Source: Eledone cirrhosa (lineage: Eukaryota). Taken from it: DNA of 64,000 bases. The stretch's first letter is position 1. Each line of letters starts with the position of its first letter. The stretch is taken from assembly GCA_964016885.1 (NCBI GenBank), contig OZ024761.1, positions 29,388,001 through 29,452,000 of the forward strand. Direction: 5' to 3'. The translations under genes and the position numbers were made by a program. Under the pieces are notes generated by a model. It had not been told where the DNA came from, made no database searches, and saw only the letters and a program-made list of their open reading frames with translations. Of the stretch, positions 1 to 12,464 are shown piece by piece.

Positions 1-63
1 GAATTGAACTCACAACCTTTCGATTGCAAGGCCAATGCTCCAACCACTAAGCCATGTGCCTCC
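1..63 (-). mobile_element. 5' head of tRNA-derived SINE family A (cut by window edge)
   Basis: Reverse complement reads ggaggcacatggcttagtggttggagcattggccttgcaatcgaaaggttgtgagttcaattc, with A box TGGCTTAGTGG and B box GAGTTCAATTC; same head as copies at 14443 and 26059. Confidence 0.85.
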
Positions 64-113
64 ATATATAATATATATATATTATATATATATTTATAAA
101 AACAACAGATTAA

Positions 114-164
114 AGTTTAAGCAAAGAATCGCTGCTTTCACCCTTAACAGGATCTTCTGAAACT
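114..164 (-). ncRNA. Degenerate type I hammerhead ribozyme
   Basis: Minus strand: agttt CAGAAGA tcct-gtta-aggg t GAAAG ca...tg CTT aaact. Stem I is agttt/aaact; one core substitution (CAGAAGA). Follows a (TA)n tract. Confidence 0.5.
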
Positions 165-329
165 AAAAAAAAATCAATCTGAAATATATATTATCCTTAC
201 CGAACCCTCTTCGGATTTTAGTCTTCACATTTATCATTATTACTATATATATACAGTACTATAATATATATATATATATATATATACATATAGTACTGCA
301 GTATATGTAGTACTGTAGTATATATATAT

Positions 330-612
330 AGTATTGTATGGTATGGCATGGTCCCATAACTCCTGATAGAGTAGTTGAGGTACCATACAGCATTTTGGGG
401 GCATTTTTAGCCAAGTAGAACCCATCCCTCTCCAGGCCTGAGTACAATTAATTTCTTCCATATAGAGGGAGAATCTACCCCAGTACTAGACTGGTACTTT
501 TTTTATCGAGTTTGAAATGATGAAAGGTAAAGTTGACCTCAGCGGGATTTGAACTCAGAGAACAGAGAACCAGAACAGATACCATAAAGCATTCTAACCG
601 ACATTCTAACTA
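330..612 (-). mobile_element. Composite repeat: MetaSINE-like SINE family B plus linked 3' segment
   Basis: Core gatgaaaggtaaagttgacctcagcgggatttgaactcag, plus an 'aacccatccctctccaggcctg' segment that recurs at 7300-7540, 8420-8730, 55230-55640, 55700-56300 and 58745-58830. Confidence 0.7.
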
Positions 613-1329
613 TAAATAGTACTGTAGTATCATCATCATCATCATCATCATCGCTTAATGTCTATCTTCCATGCTAGCATGGGTTAGACAGGAATTGTCC
701 CACTTGAGGCATGATTGGTCGGGTGTCCGTATCTCGCATATATATATATATATATATATGTGTGTGTCTGTGTGTGTTTATTTTTATTTCTATTAAGCCA
801 AATAGAAGCTATAACCATTTCTGTCAATGTAATTTCTCATGTTTTTCTCTTCTCATTTCCGTTTGTTTTCTTCATGTTTTTGTTAGTTTTTTTTTTAGTT
901 TTTTTATTTTTGTTGTTGTTTTTTTGTTGTTGTTGTTGGTTTTTTTTTTTTGTATTTTTTGTGTGTTTTTTTTTGTTTCCATTTAGTTTTCCTCTCTGGT
1001 GAAGTACTGAAAACTCTGGTTCCTCAACGAGATTGACGTCAGAAAGGAATAATGATGTTTTAATCCAAATAAAAGTGAGATAAACTTATTGTTCTCGGTC
1101 TCATTATCACATATAAACAGCCTCAAAAGTAGCAATACTAAAATTAAAATAAAAAAAAATCAAATACTACTGCTACTACTTCTACTTTTAATACTAATAC
1201 TACTGATAATAATAATGATAGTAATGAATGACATCACACCACGGATTGAAATGGAGATATCAATAGATATCTTACATCTCAATGACAAATACAGACCAAA
1301 TTAACATACTACAGCTGTAGCACACACAT

Positions 1330-1378
1330 GTGTGGCTGTATATATATGTGTGTGTGTGTATCATCATCGATGTTATAT

Positions 1379-1443
<65 letters not shown>

Positions 1444-1444
1444 A

Positions 1445-1491
<47 letters not shown>

Positions 1492-2031
1492 CAAATTTAT
1501 ATTTGTATATATATATATGTATATATATATATACAAATTTATATTTGTATATATATATATGTATATATATATATGTATATATATATACAAATATATATAT
1601 ATATACAAATATATAGATACACAAATATATATTCACAAATACATATATATATATACACAAATATAAATACACAAATACATATATATATATATACAAATAT
1701 ATATATACACAAATATATATATACAAATATATATATATAAATATATCTATACACAAATATATATATATATAAATATATATATACACAAATATATATATAC
1801 AAATATATATATATACAAATTACACAAATATATATATACAAATATATATATACACAAATATATATATACACAAATATATATATATAAATATATATATACA
1901 CAAATATATATATACAAATATATATATATATACAAATATATATATATACAAATATATATATATAAATATATATAAATATATATATATACAAATATATATA
2001 TACAAATATATATATACAAATATATATATAT

Positions 2032-2100
<69 letters not shown>
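1330..2100. repeat. (TA)n / (TATACAAA)n compound microsatellite
   Basis: Directly visible simple-repeat array. Confidence 0.95.
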
Positions 2101-2369
2101 TGTATGTTTGTGTTTGTCTATATATATGTATATAACTGTGTGTCTAGATCAGTCTATGAACAACTGTCTGCCTATATGTATGTTATATGCATGTCTCTTC
2201 TCTCTCTCTCTCTTTCTCTCTCTCTCTCCTTATATGAGTATGAGTGAGTGTGTATACGTGTATGTAAACTTATACAGACAAATATAATCTCAGATATATG
2301 TATGCATACATACATACACACACACTGACAAACACTCATACCTAACACACACTCATACCCAACATACAC

Positions 2370-2735
2370 TTTCACACACATACTGACACTACAAACACAC
2401 ACTGACACACACATACATACACTCACACACTCACACACACACTGGCACCCCAATACACACCGACACATACACACACACTGACACCCCAATACACAGACAC
2501 ACACATACATACACTCACACACTGACACCCCAATACACACTGACACACACATACATACACTCACACACTCACACACACACACTGGCACCCCAATACACAC
2601 CGACACATACACACACACTGACACCCCAATACACAGACACACACATACATACACTCACACACTGACACCCCAATACACACTGACACACACATACATACAC
2701 TCACACCCCAATACACACTGACACACATACATACA
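2370..2735. repeat. CA-rich minisatellite (acactgacaccccaatac motif)
   Basis: Repeated cacactgacaccccaatacacac units. Confidence 0.8.
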
Positions 2736-3143
2736 ACCCAACCAACAAAAGGATAACAAGACAAGAAAGACTATCAAATAAGAATTCAAATGAATTGAGA
2801 ATTTAAGATCAAACATTTCACAGAATTCTTTTTTTTTTTTTTACAAATTCCTTTTATTCTTCAGTTTAACTTGATGAAGACAAGAAAATATTTAGCAAAT
2901 AATATATTGGTGGAATATTCTAGATTTGCAATTGAGAAGCAATCAACCGTAATAACACAACATGTATGTTTATATATTTATTTATTTATATATCTGTCTG
3001 TAACACTTTAAAATTTTATGCATGCACACACACTGACATTCACAGATAGACTCAATGCATTTACTATATCAATCATGTTGCTACAATAAGAAGTTTAACT
3101 TTCAATCTCAATGTGCGGGGTTCTAAACCCTACATTTGTTCCT

Positions 3144-3396
3144 TTAACATCTAAACCAGCCATATCATCATCATCGTTTAACGTCTATCTTCCACGCTAG
3201 CATGGGTTAGACGGCCAGAATTCTCTCACCTCTTTCTGTTAAAACTGGCTGCAACTGGCCACTCATACTTATATTAAGGTATTGTTCTCAAAATAAATAA
3301 TATCAAAATATCATAGATTCAATATTATGTGAGGTAAAGCCTTTACTGTGAAAATACGTTAGTATATATAGAGTAATGTAAATGCTAAAGGGCTAA
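3144..3396. mobile_element. piggyBac-like MITE family B, interrupted by a SINE tail at 3165-3213
   Basis: Same body as 15285-15524 (ccagaattctctcacctc...gttctcaaaataaat...aaatgctaaaggg). Confidence 0.7.
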
Positions 3397-3440
3397 AATA
3401 GTTTTTTCTCAAAAGTTACTCACACATTTAATCTTGTATG

Positions 3441-3759
3441 CAACTGATGCAGGTAGTTTGTTCCATGCTTCAGCAACACCTCTGAGAGTCACTGAAGCAT
3501 GGAACAAACTACCTGCATCTGTTGTTAGCTGTTGGGACACTGCGTCCTTCAAAATTTCCATGTTTCCCGAAATTCGACAACACTACATCTGATATTCCCC
3601 TTCTATACACACGCACACATGTATCGGTGTGTGTATATCATGACTCATACATTCTTCACTTTCCTGACATTTGTACATTATTCTATGTACTATACATGCA
3701 CCTTTGATTAGTTGTAGTGCACCTGAGCACTGTACACAATAATTTTCATTATTATTATT
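3441..3759 (+). mobile_element. CR1-clade LINE 3' end
   Basis: From 3485 translates RVTEAWNKLPASVVSCWDTASFKISM...*, matching the CR1 ORF2 C-terminal motif (RVVxxWNxLPxxVVxAxSxxxFK). Followed by a 3'UTR ending in (ATT)n. Confidence 0.75.
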
Positions 3760-3764
3760 TGCAT

Positions 3765-3873
3765 CCCGCCGAGGTTAACTTTGCCTTTCATCCTTACGGG
3801 GGTCGATAAAATAAAGTACCAGTAATGTACTGGGTAATTGCTGGCCTTGTGCCAAAAGTAGAAACAATTATTA
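3765..3873 (+). mobile_element. SINE family B (MetaSINE-like core), 5' truncated
   Basis: gaggttaactttgcctttcatccttacgggggtcgataaaataaagtaccag...gtagaaacaattatta. Confidence 0.8.
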
Positions 3874-4083
3874 TTTGTACAATCATGCTGAATATTTACA
3901 TAATTATATCTTAGAAATAAATTATTAAAATGTTCTAATCGTTAGTCACTTCCAACTATGCAAACAATTAATTTATCAAACTAGAAATTTCCCAGTTTGT
4001 TTAATTATTCATATATCCAGTAATCCTGGTATATATGACATACCAATTCTAGACTCCAAAATTTAAATATATTCAACTGTAAT

Positions 4084-4354
4084 ATGATAAACTGTAGTGT
4101 GTGGGAGAGAAGACTGCACTGGTATGGACATTTGATGCGCATGGAGGATGACTGCGGGGTAAAGAAGTGCCAAGAAATCCCAGTGGAAGGAAGACACAGT
4201 AGAGGAAGACCACGAAAATCATGGGCGGAGGTGGTGAGAGCTGACCTCAGACCGCTGAAGCTCACAAAGGAGATGACGAAGGACCATGATGAAAAGCACC
4301 GGTCCCACTTTTGCAAGCAAGGAAAAGCAAACGTACGATAATGATGATGATGAT
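4084..4354 (+). mobile_element. RTE-clade LINE ORF C-terminus and (ATG)n tail
   Basis: ORF 4084-4341 contains ERRLHWYGHLMRM...GRHSRGRPRKSW, the RTE C-terminal motif (R.LRW.GH..RM...GRP...W). Confidence 0.85.
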
Positions 4355-4358
4355 TCAC

Positions 4359-5510
4359 TACTATTGCTGTCATTATTGATGGTACTGGTCCACTAGTTAT
4401 TATATAATATTCCAATAATCCTGGTATATATGACATACCAATCCTAGACTCCATAAATTATATATATTCAATACTATTGCTGTTATTATTGATGGTACTG
4501 GTCCACTAGTTATTATATAATATTCCAATAATCCTGGTATATATGACATACCAATCCTAGACTCCATAAATTAAATATATTCAATACTATTGCTGTCATT
4601 ATTGATGGTACTGGTCCACTAGTCATTATATAATATTCCAATAATCCTGGTATATATGACATACCAATCCTAGACTCCATAAATTAAATATATTCAATAC
4701 TATTGCTGTTATTATTGATGGTACTGGTCCACTAGTTATTATATAATATTCCAATAATCCTGGTATATATGACATACCAATCCTAGACTCCATAAATTAA
4801 ATATATTCAATACTATTGCTGTTATTATTGATGGTACTGGTCCACTAGTTATTATATAATATTCCAATAATCCTGGTATATATGACATACCAATCCTAGA
4901 CTCCATAAATTAAATATATTCAACACTATTGCTGTCATTATTGATGGTACTGGTCCACTAGTTATTATATAATATTCCAATAATCCTGGTATATATGACA
5001 TACCAATCCTAGACTCCATAAATTATATATATTCAATACTATTGCTGTCATTATTGATGGTACTGGTCCACTAGTTATTATATAATATTCCAATAATCCT
5101 GGTATATATGACATACCAATCCTAGACTCCATAAATTATATATATTCAATACTATTGCTGTTATTATTGATGGTACTGGTCCACTAGTCATTATATAATA
5201 TTCCAATAATCCTGGTATATATGACATACCAATCCTAGACTCCATAAATTATATATATTCAATACTATTGCTGTTATTATTGATGGTACTGGTCCACTAG
5301 TTATTATATAATATTCCAATAATCCTGGTATATATGACATACCAATCCTAGACTCCATAAATTATATATATTCAATACTATTGCTGTTATTATTGATGGT
5401 ACTGGTCCACTAGTCATTATATAATATTCCAATAATCCTGGTATATATGACATACCAATCCTAGACTCCATAAATTATATATATTCAACACTATTGCTGT
5501 TATTATTGAT
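4359..5510. repeat. 113-bp tandem satellite, ~10 copies
   Basis: ggtactggtcc recurs at 4381, 4494, 4607... with period 113; near-identical units; a partial unit lies at ~4015-4078. Confidence 0.95.
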
Positions 5511-6570
5511 GACACATGAAAGTGTCAGATACGAAGAATCCTTAAGATGTTAGACAAAATGCTTAGAGGTATTTAGTTCTGGGCTCCTGAAAGTGTGAAC
5601 CCCTATTATAGCTAGCTCCACACTAAAGTGTGGGGTTATAGAGCTCAATATTTTCAGGAGCCCCACACTATTGTACTAGGGTACTATAATGCCACATAAT
5701 GGTTCAAAGGCAGTGTAGTGCTATTACATGGTCACTCAACCTGCTTGCAATAGCAGCCAAATCTCACTCATATCACATTTATATCTCACTTATATCATTG
5801 TCTGAGATCAGTAAAAGCAACATTGGGATCATGTAGTACTAGATAACACCTACATTAAGAAAAAATGAAGGAAAAAAGATGAGATGGTTTGTTCTCAAAC
5901 ATGGCTGACCAAGGTCTAAACATCAACATCATCAACAACAATGAAATCACAGTTATTTCAGCTGTTAAACCATTCTAGACACACAGTTTCAATGGCTTCT
6001 CAGTACACAAGTTGAGAAATTAGTGAAAAAGAAATACAACAAAATATAATAAAACAAAACAAAACAAAATATAATTGCAAGGTATGATAAAAGGGGGAGG
6101 TGGATGAAGTAGTGGTGGTGATAATGAAATCAGATCATAAAAATTAATATGATTGCAATTCTCATCCAATGAAAATACCATAAAAGAAAATTAAGGTGTT
6201 TGTAATTTTTACCCCCAATGAGATCATACAAATCAATACTTACAATAATTATCCAATGAAATCACATAAAAGAAATTAATTTGATTGCTATTTTTTCCTA
6301 GATGACTTAAGCTATTTTAGGAGAAAAAATAAAATTTTTTTTTCCTAAATTTTTATCCATTTTTTTCCCCCAGCTGAAATGATATATGATGAAAATAAAA
6401 TATAAAAATGAAAAAAATATTTTTTTTAAAATCTCGTGATTAATGTTTTTCGATATGGCTATATGGTTGCATTGTAATGATGTTGGCTTTGAAGCTATGT
6501 GTCCCTGCTTTTGAATCGATGGCATGTACCATACCTGAGAGCATATGTCCTCTAGCATAGCCAGTGGTGT

Positions 6571-6791
6571 CTTTAGCATTTACATTACTCTATATTTACT
6601 ATTGTATTTTCATGGTATAGGCTTTACCTCACATAATTATCTCATAATATCGAATCTATGAGATTTTGATATTATTTATTTTGAGAACAATACCTTAACA
6701 TCAGTATGAGCAGCTGGTTACAGCCAGTTTGAACAGAAAGAGGTGAGAGAATTCTGGTTGGATACGGTCGGTTTAAATACTAAAGGATTAA
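6571..6791. mobile_element. piggyBac-like MITE family B
   Basis: ctttagcatttacattactc...gtttaaatactaaaggattaa, the reverse orientation of 15285-15524. Confidence 0.75.
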
Positions 6792-6828
6792 GGCAAAGGT
6801 ATAGGGGCCCAATGCTGTGGTTGTAGGA

Positions 6829-6982
6829 CAAAGCTTCCCAAACTTTTTCAAGCACAGAACCCTTTTTGGTTCAGAACCCTTTGGTCTAATACTGTTATAT
6901 GGTCGTAATATCAATATACTCCTCTACCTTGTTTCACGGGACCCCAGACATGCCCTTGCAGAACCCACTTTGGGAACCACTG
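6829..6982. mobile_element. hAT/Charlie-like MITE inserted in a ~137-bp tandem repeat (6795-7285)
   Basis: Termini caaagcttcccaaac / tttgggaaccactg (CAGTGGTTCCCAA type); imperfect 8-bp flanks ttgtagga / atgtaggg. Confidence 0.55.
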
Positions 6983-7442
6983 ATGTAGGGACTCAACTGG
7001 CATCATAAGGCACAGGCCCACCAGGATTAGGAGCACATTACTGGGGTGGTGTACGTAGGGAACTCCAGTGATGTCTTAAGGTAGAGGTGTACCAGGTATA
7101 GGGGCCCAGTGATGTGGTTGTATATGTAGAGACTCACCTGGCATCATAAAGTACAGGCCCACCAGGTTTAGGAGCACATTACCGTGGTGAATGTAGGAAG
7201 CTCCAGTGATATCTTAAGGTACAGGTGTGCCAGGTATAAAGGCCCAATGGTAAGGTTGTATTTGTAGAGGCTCCAGGGTCGTAGGGGAGGCATCATTGTG
7301 ACATACAGCATTTCTTAAGCACTTCAAACCTGGTGGAGACCATATCTTCCAAGGAAAGGGAGAGAGGAAGAGAGATAGAGAGAGAGGGAGGGAGAGAGAG
7401 AGAGAGACAGACAGAATGAGAAAGCAAGAGAGAGGGAGAGAC

Positions 7443-7473
<31 letters not shown>

Positions 7474-7599
7474 TAGAAAGGAAGCAAGAAAGAAATATTG
7501 TGGAAGAATTGAGCCAAGTATTGGACTGGCACTCTATTTTCTTGATCTTAACCCTCTAGCATTTAAACCGGCCATGTCCAGCCAGAATTCTCTCACTGC

Positions 7600-8364
7600 T
7601 TTCTTCCCAAATAGGTTGTAACCGCCCACTCATACTGACATTAAGGTATTGTTCTCAAAATAAATCATATCAAAATCTTATAGATTCGATATTATGTGAG
7701 ATAAAGCCTTTACCGTGAAAATACAATAGTAAATATAGAGTAATGTAAATGGTGTATGGCGGCAAATTGGCAGAGTCATTAGAATGTCAGATAAGGTGCT
7801 TTAAGGTATTCTGCTCTCTGAGTTCAAATCCCACCAATGTCAACTTTGCCTTTCATCCTTTTGAGGTCAATAAAAAAATAGTACGATTTTAGTACTGGGG
7901 TCAATTCTTCCTGTATATCTCTTTCTCACTTCCATTCTCTCACTTTCTATCTTTCTCTTGAAGAAATCATCTGTACTCTACTCAGGTCTGGAGAGAGATG
8001 GGCTCCGCCAGATAGAAAGTGAGAGAGAGGAAGTGAGTAAGAGATATATAGGAAGAATCCACCCCAGTACTAGACCGGTTCCTTTTTTTTTTATTGACCT
8101 CAAAAGGATGAAAGGCAAAGTTGACATTGGTGGGATTTGAACTCAGAGAGCAGAATACCTTAAAGCACCTTATCTGACATTCTAATGACTCTGCCAATTT
8201 GCCGCCATACACCATTTACTTTACTCTATATTTACTATTGTATTTTCACGGTAAAGGCTTTATCTCACATAATATCGAATCTATAAGATTTTGATATTAT
8301 TTATTTTGAGAACAATACCTTAATGTCAGTATGAGTGGGCGGTTACAACCAATTTGGGAAGAAA
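7600..8364. repeat. Inverted duplication (~350-bp arms) of MITE B + SINE B
   Basis: 7600-7952 is the reverse complement of 8010-8364, nearly identical over the outer ~270 bp. Confidence 0.9.
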
Positions 8365-8732
8365 TCATCTGTACTCAGGCCTGAGGAGGGAGGGGCTCCG
8401 CCAGGCTTAAAATGCCCAAGAAACGCCATATGTCAATACGACCATGTTATGGTATGAACCCGTAACTCCTGATAGAGTTGTAGTGGCGCTGTATTGACAT
8501 ACAGCATTTCTAGGACATATTTTAAACCTGGTGGAGCCCATCCCTCTCCAGGTCTGAATACAGCAGATTTCTTCCAGAGAAGGAAAGAGAGTGAGAGAGA
8601 GGAAATGAGAAAGAGATATAGAGGAAGAATTTAACCCAAGTATTAGGCTGGTATTTTTTTTATCAACCGTGAGTGGATGAAAGGCAAAGTTGACCTCGGC
8701 AGGATTTGAACTCAGAGCGCAGAGAACTGAAA

Positions 8733-8972
8733 TCATCATCATCACTGTTTTACATCCATTCTTCCACGCTAGCATTGGTTAGACAGGTTATCCTGTTGTG
8801 GGCAATGCCAGGTCAGGTGACTCTGCCTTGCTCATATGGAACAGATTTTGGCTTGATTTCTACAGCTGGATGCCCTTCCTAATACCAACCTCATTTACAG
8901 TGAGTCCTGGGTGTTTTTTACCATGGCACCTACACGACCACTTTACAGTGTGGACTGGGTGTTTTTTGTCGT
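8733..8972 (-). mobile_element. SINE family A 3' half
   Basis: (CAT)n tail followed by gcttgatttctacagctggatgcccttcctaataccaacc. Confidence 0.75.
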
Positions 8973-9099
8973 GAAATGAATATTACAAAGCATTCTAGCC
9001 GACGTTCTAACGACTGCTAATTCACGGCCATTACAAGACCATACATGATGGCTGCAAACACTGTTAAAAGTACTGCAATTGCTTGGAGGATTATAGAGT

Positions 9100-9345
9100 T
9101 TCATGCCTGTTTAGGTTACAGCCAGTCACACAAACCTGTAACATATCCTGAACAAGCAATGCCTGTGCTTTGAATGTTTTTTTTAAGTGGGGAAAGGCCT
9201 TGCACTTGACCAATCCCACTCTCTGACCATGGAAAACACCACCGAAAAAGGAGAACCGGTCAACGTCATCGGATGCTCCCAAAGCTGCAGCTTTTTTTTT
9301 CAGAGTGACCCTCTCCTAGAAAGGTGTTGTGACAACAACTGGGGG
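9100..9345 (+). repeat. Unclassified dispersed repeat (second copy at ~25340-25620, minus strand)
   Basis: gcctgtgctttgaatg...ggaaaggccttgcacttgaccaatcccactctctga...ctcctagaaaggtgt aligns by eye with the reverse complement of 25350-25530. Confidence 0.65.
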
Positions 9346-9629
9346 GGCCTTTCACTCCCATACATACATGCATACAATGTAAATGCTAAAGGGTTAAAAA
9401 GATGGAAGGTAAAATTAACCACAGTAAGATTGGAACCCAGGGTTGCAGAGAACCGAAATAAAAACCACAAAACCTTCTCACAATTCTGCCAATTTACTGC
9501 CTATGAATGAATAAGAAATAAAAAGGGAAATGCAAAGAAAAGAAAAAACGGTCAAACCTAATCAATAATTAGTGCATGTCAAACTAATTATATAATGTTG
9601 TGTATTCAGACTCGGCTTTCTTTGGTTTT

Positions 9630-9694
9630 CACTGTTTCAGTATCTCTCTCTCTCTCCCTCCCTCTCTCTTACTCTCTCTTACTCTCTCCCTTTC

Positions 9695-9734
<40 letters not shown>

Positions 9735-10368
9735 TCTCTCTTACTCTCTCCCTTTCTGTTTCTCTCTCTCTCTCTCTCCCTCTCTCTCTCTCTCTCTTTC
9801 TATTTCTTTCTCTCTTTGTTCTCCCTCTCTCTCACACAATTTCTGTCCCCTCCTCTGCCACTCCCTCTCTGCATCTTCTCTATCACTCTCTTTCTCTTTG
9901 CTCTCACTCTCTTTGCTCTCCCTCATTCTCAATTTCTGTTCCATCCCCCCCTCTCTGTCTCTTCCACTCACTCACTTTGTCCCCTCCTCCCTCACTCAAT
10001 CTCTCTCTCTCTCTCCATCTCACCCCACACAATCTCTATCCTCTCTCTTCCTCTCCCCCACTCAATCTCTCTCTCCTCCCTCTCTGTTCCTCCTCTCTCT
10101 CTCCACTTCCATCCCTCAATCTCTATCCGCTCCTCTCCCTCTTCCTCTCTGTTCCCCCTCTCTCTCTCTATCTATATCTCCATCATATCCTCCATCTCTC
10201 TCCTCCCCCTCTATGCCCCCCCCTCTCCCTATCATACACCACCCACCATACACCCAACAACAACACTCCATTGCTTCAATTATTCTAGTTATTCTAACAC
10301 CACAATGGTCACTCAGTAAAGAAGGACAAATACAACCCCCCCTCCTACTCAACCCCCTTTTTCCTTAG

Positions 10369-10421
<53 letters not shown>

Positions 10422-10935
10422 CTTTGTTCTCACACCCTCTCTATCTCTGTTCTCTCGCTGTGCTCTTTCTCTCTATCTCTTTCTTTCTTTCTATGCTCTC
10501 TCTCTCTCTCTCTCTCTCTCACTGCTCTTTCTTTGTTTTCTCTCTCTCTCTCTCTCTCTCTCTTTCTGCTCTTTCTATGTTCTCTTTCTCTCTCTCTCTC
10601 TTTCCCTCTCAGCGTTCTTTCTTTCTCTGTTCTCTCTCCCTCTCTCTACTCTTTCTTTCTCTGATCTCTCTGTGTTTCTCTCTTTCTCCTCTCTCTCTAC
10701 TCTTTCTTTCTCTGTTCTCTCTCCCTCTCTCTACTCTTTCTTTCTCTGATCTCTCTGTGTTTCTCTCTTTCTCCTCTCTCTCTACTCTTTCTTTCTCTGT
10801 TCTCTCTCCCTCTCTCTACTCTTTCTTTCTCTGATCTCTCTGTGTTTCTCTCTTTCTCCTCTCTCTCTACTCTTTCTTTCTCTGTTCTCTCTCTGCTCTT
10901 TCTCTGTTCTCCCTCCCCCTCTCTCTCTCTCCCAT
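9630..10935. repeat. (CT)n-rich polypyrimidine tract
   Basis: Visible; includes a repeated tctctactctttctttctctg unit at 10630-10890. Confidence 0.9.
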
Positions 10936-11498
10936 CAATGGAAGTATATTTTACTAATAGGTTGATAACAGAAACATTTAAAAAAACCCATCAGTGGTAA
11001 AACACTCCCAATAAAGGATCCATACAAACTGGGATTGGCCAGCAATAGAGATAGAGAGACAGGAATCAGGTTAACCAATCAATAACCTCCAATACATCCC
11101 CCCCCCCCCCCACGAACACACACACACACAATATAGGTGCCACCCATAGCTATTGTCATCATCATCATCATTATCAACATTTGTGTTGCTTTCAACTAAC
11201 TATAACAATTTTCCTATCCCATATCGGTATGTAGATATTTCTTCCTGTGTTGGTTTTTGTTCAATGTCCGTGGTGTTTTCATCCCGAATATATATATATA
11301 TATATATATATGAACCAGGTGATGTGTTTTGTCCTTGAGCAAGACACTTTATTTCACGTTCCTCATTCTACCAGGAGTTGCGTCCGATAGATAGTATTAG
11401 CAATTAGAAACACCAACGGAAACATTGTTTCATCAGTCTGATTTGATGAAAGTCAATCACAAATTTTTTTATTTTTTTTAATATATGCCTGTGTGTGT

Positions 11499-11774
11499 GG
11501 AGGCACATGGCCTAGTGGTGAGGGTGTTGGACTTACGATCATAATGTCGTGGGTTCGATTCCTGTGTTGCGTGTTGTGTTCTTGAGCAAAACACTTCATT
11601 TCACAGTACTCAGTATACTCAGCTGAAAATGCAATAGCTGGGAGTTTAACCCTGCGATGGACTGGCGTCCTGTGCACTGGGGAGTCCTGTACTCTCAGTC
11701 GCTTCATGCCATGAAACTGGGAAAAGGCACCGGCCAAATGAGCCTTCTGGCTTAAGACAGACTTTAGACTTTTA
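11499..11774 (+). mobile_element. tRNA-derived SINE (family A-related head and CORE-like domain, different tail)
   Basis: ggaggcacatggcctagtgg...gggttcgattcc (A/B boxes), then cttgagcaaaacacttcatttcac. Confidence 0.75.
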
Positions 11775-11789
11775 GATATCTATCTCCCG

Positions 11790-12073
11790 TTCTATGTAAA
11801 GTTATGTTGGTGCCGCGCCATCCAGGCCGAAACAAATGAGATTGTGTAGGTGTCACGACAAAAAAACACACAGTCCACGCTGTAATGTGGCCGTGTAGGC
11901 AACATGGTAAAAACCTCCCAGACCCACACTGTAAATGTGGTTGGTGTTAGGAAGGGCATCCAACTGTAGAAAACCTGCCAGACAGTCCTATGCGAGCAAG
12001 ACAATCACTCTTGCCTCAAGTGGGACTACCCCCGTCCAAACCCATGCAAGCGTGGAACACGGACCTTAAACGT

Positions 12074-12110
<37 letters not shown>
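11790..12110 (+). mobile_element. SINE/LINE 3' segment with (ATG)n tail, near-identical to 57468-57765 (minus)
   Basis: The antisense ORFs 11792-12004 and 57552-57764 are almost identical; both end in (GAT)n. Confidence 0.8.
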
Positions 12111-12464
12111 AATAGAAAATGAAAAATCAGTGATGCATCTGAACTCAATTTATTGTGTGTTACAATTGTTTCGCCGGCGGACAGCTCGAGACGTGAACGT
12201 CTAATGATTTCGGAGCATATGAGTGAGAGAATATGCTTCGAAATCATTAGGCGTGTCCGTCGAACCTGCGGGTCCAGAATCAGACAGATCCACACAATGA
12301 TCACATCTCCAGCTGTCCGCCGGCGAAACAATTGTAACACACAATAAATTGAGTTCAGATGCATCACTGATTTTTCGTTTTCTATTATATCATACTCTGC
12401 TCTGTAAGAGCATAGAGTGCTCGACCGGCATACCGCCTATGGAAGCATCTTAGCAACCATCAGG

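Noticed and set aside
4359-5510. CRISPR-like appearance of regular arrays (also 59267-60645, 63085-63800)
   Set aside because: No unique spacers, no cas genes, and a eukaryotic context.
11200-11460. Partial hammerhead-like words (minus-strand gatga...gaaat; ctgatga at ~11436), also 58615-58692 and 43492
   Set aside because: Core incomplete or stems not formable; too weak to call.
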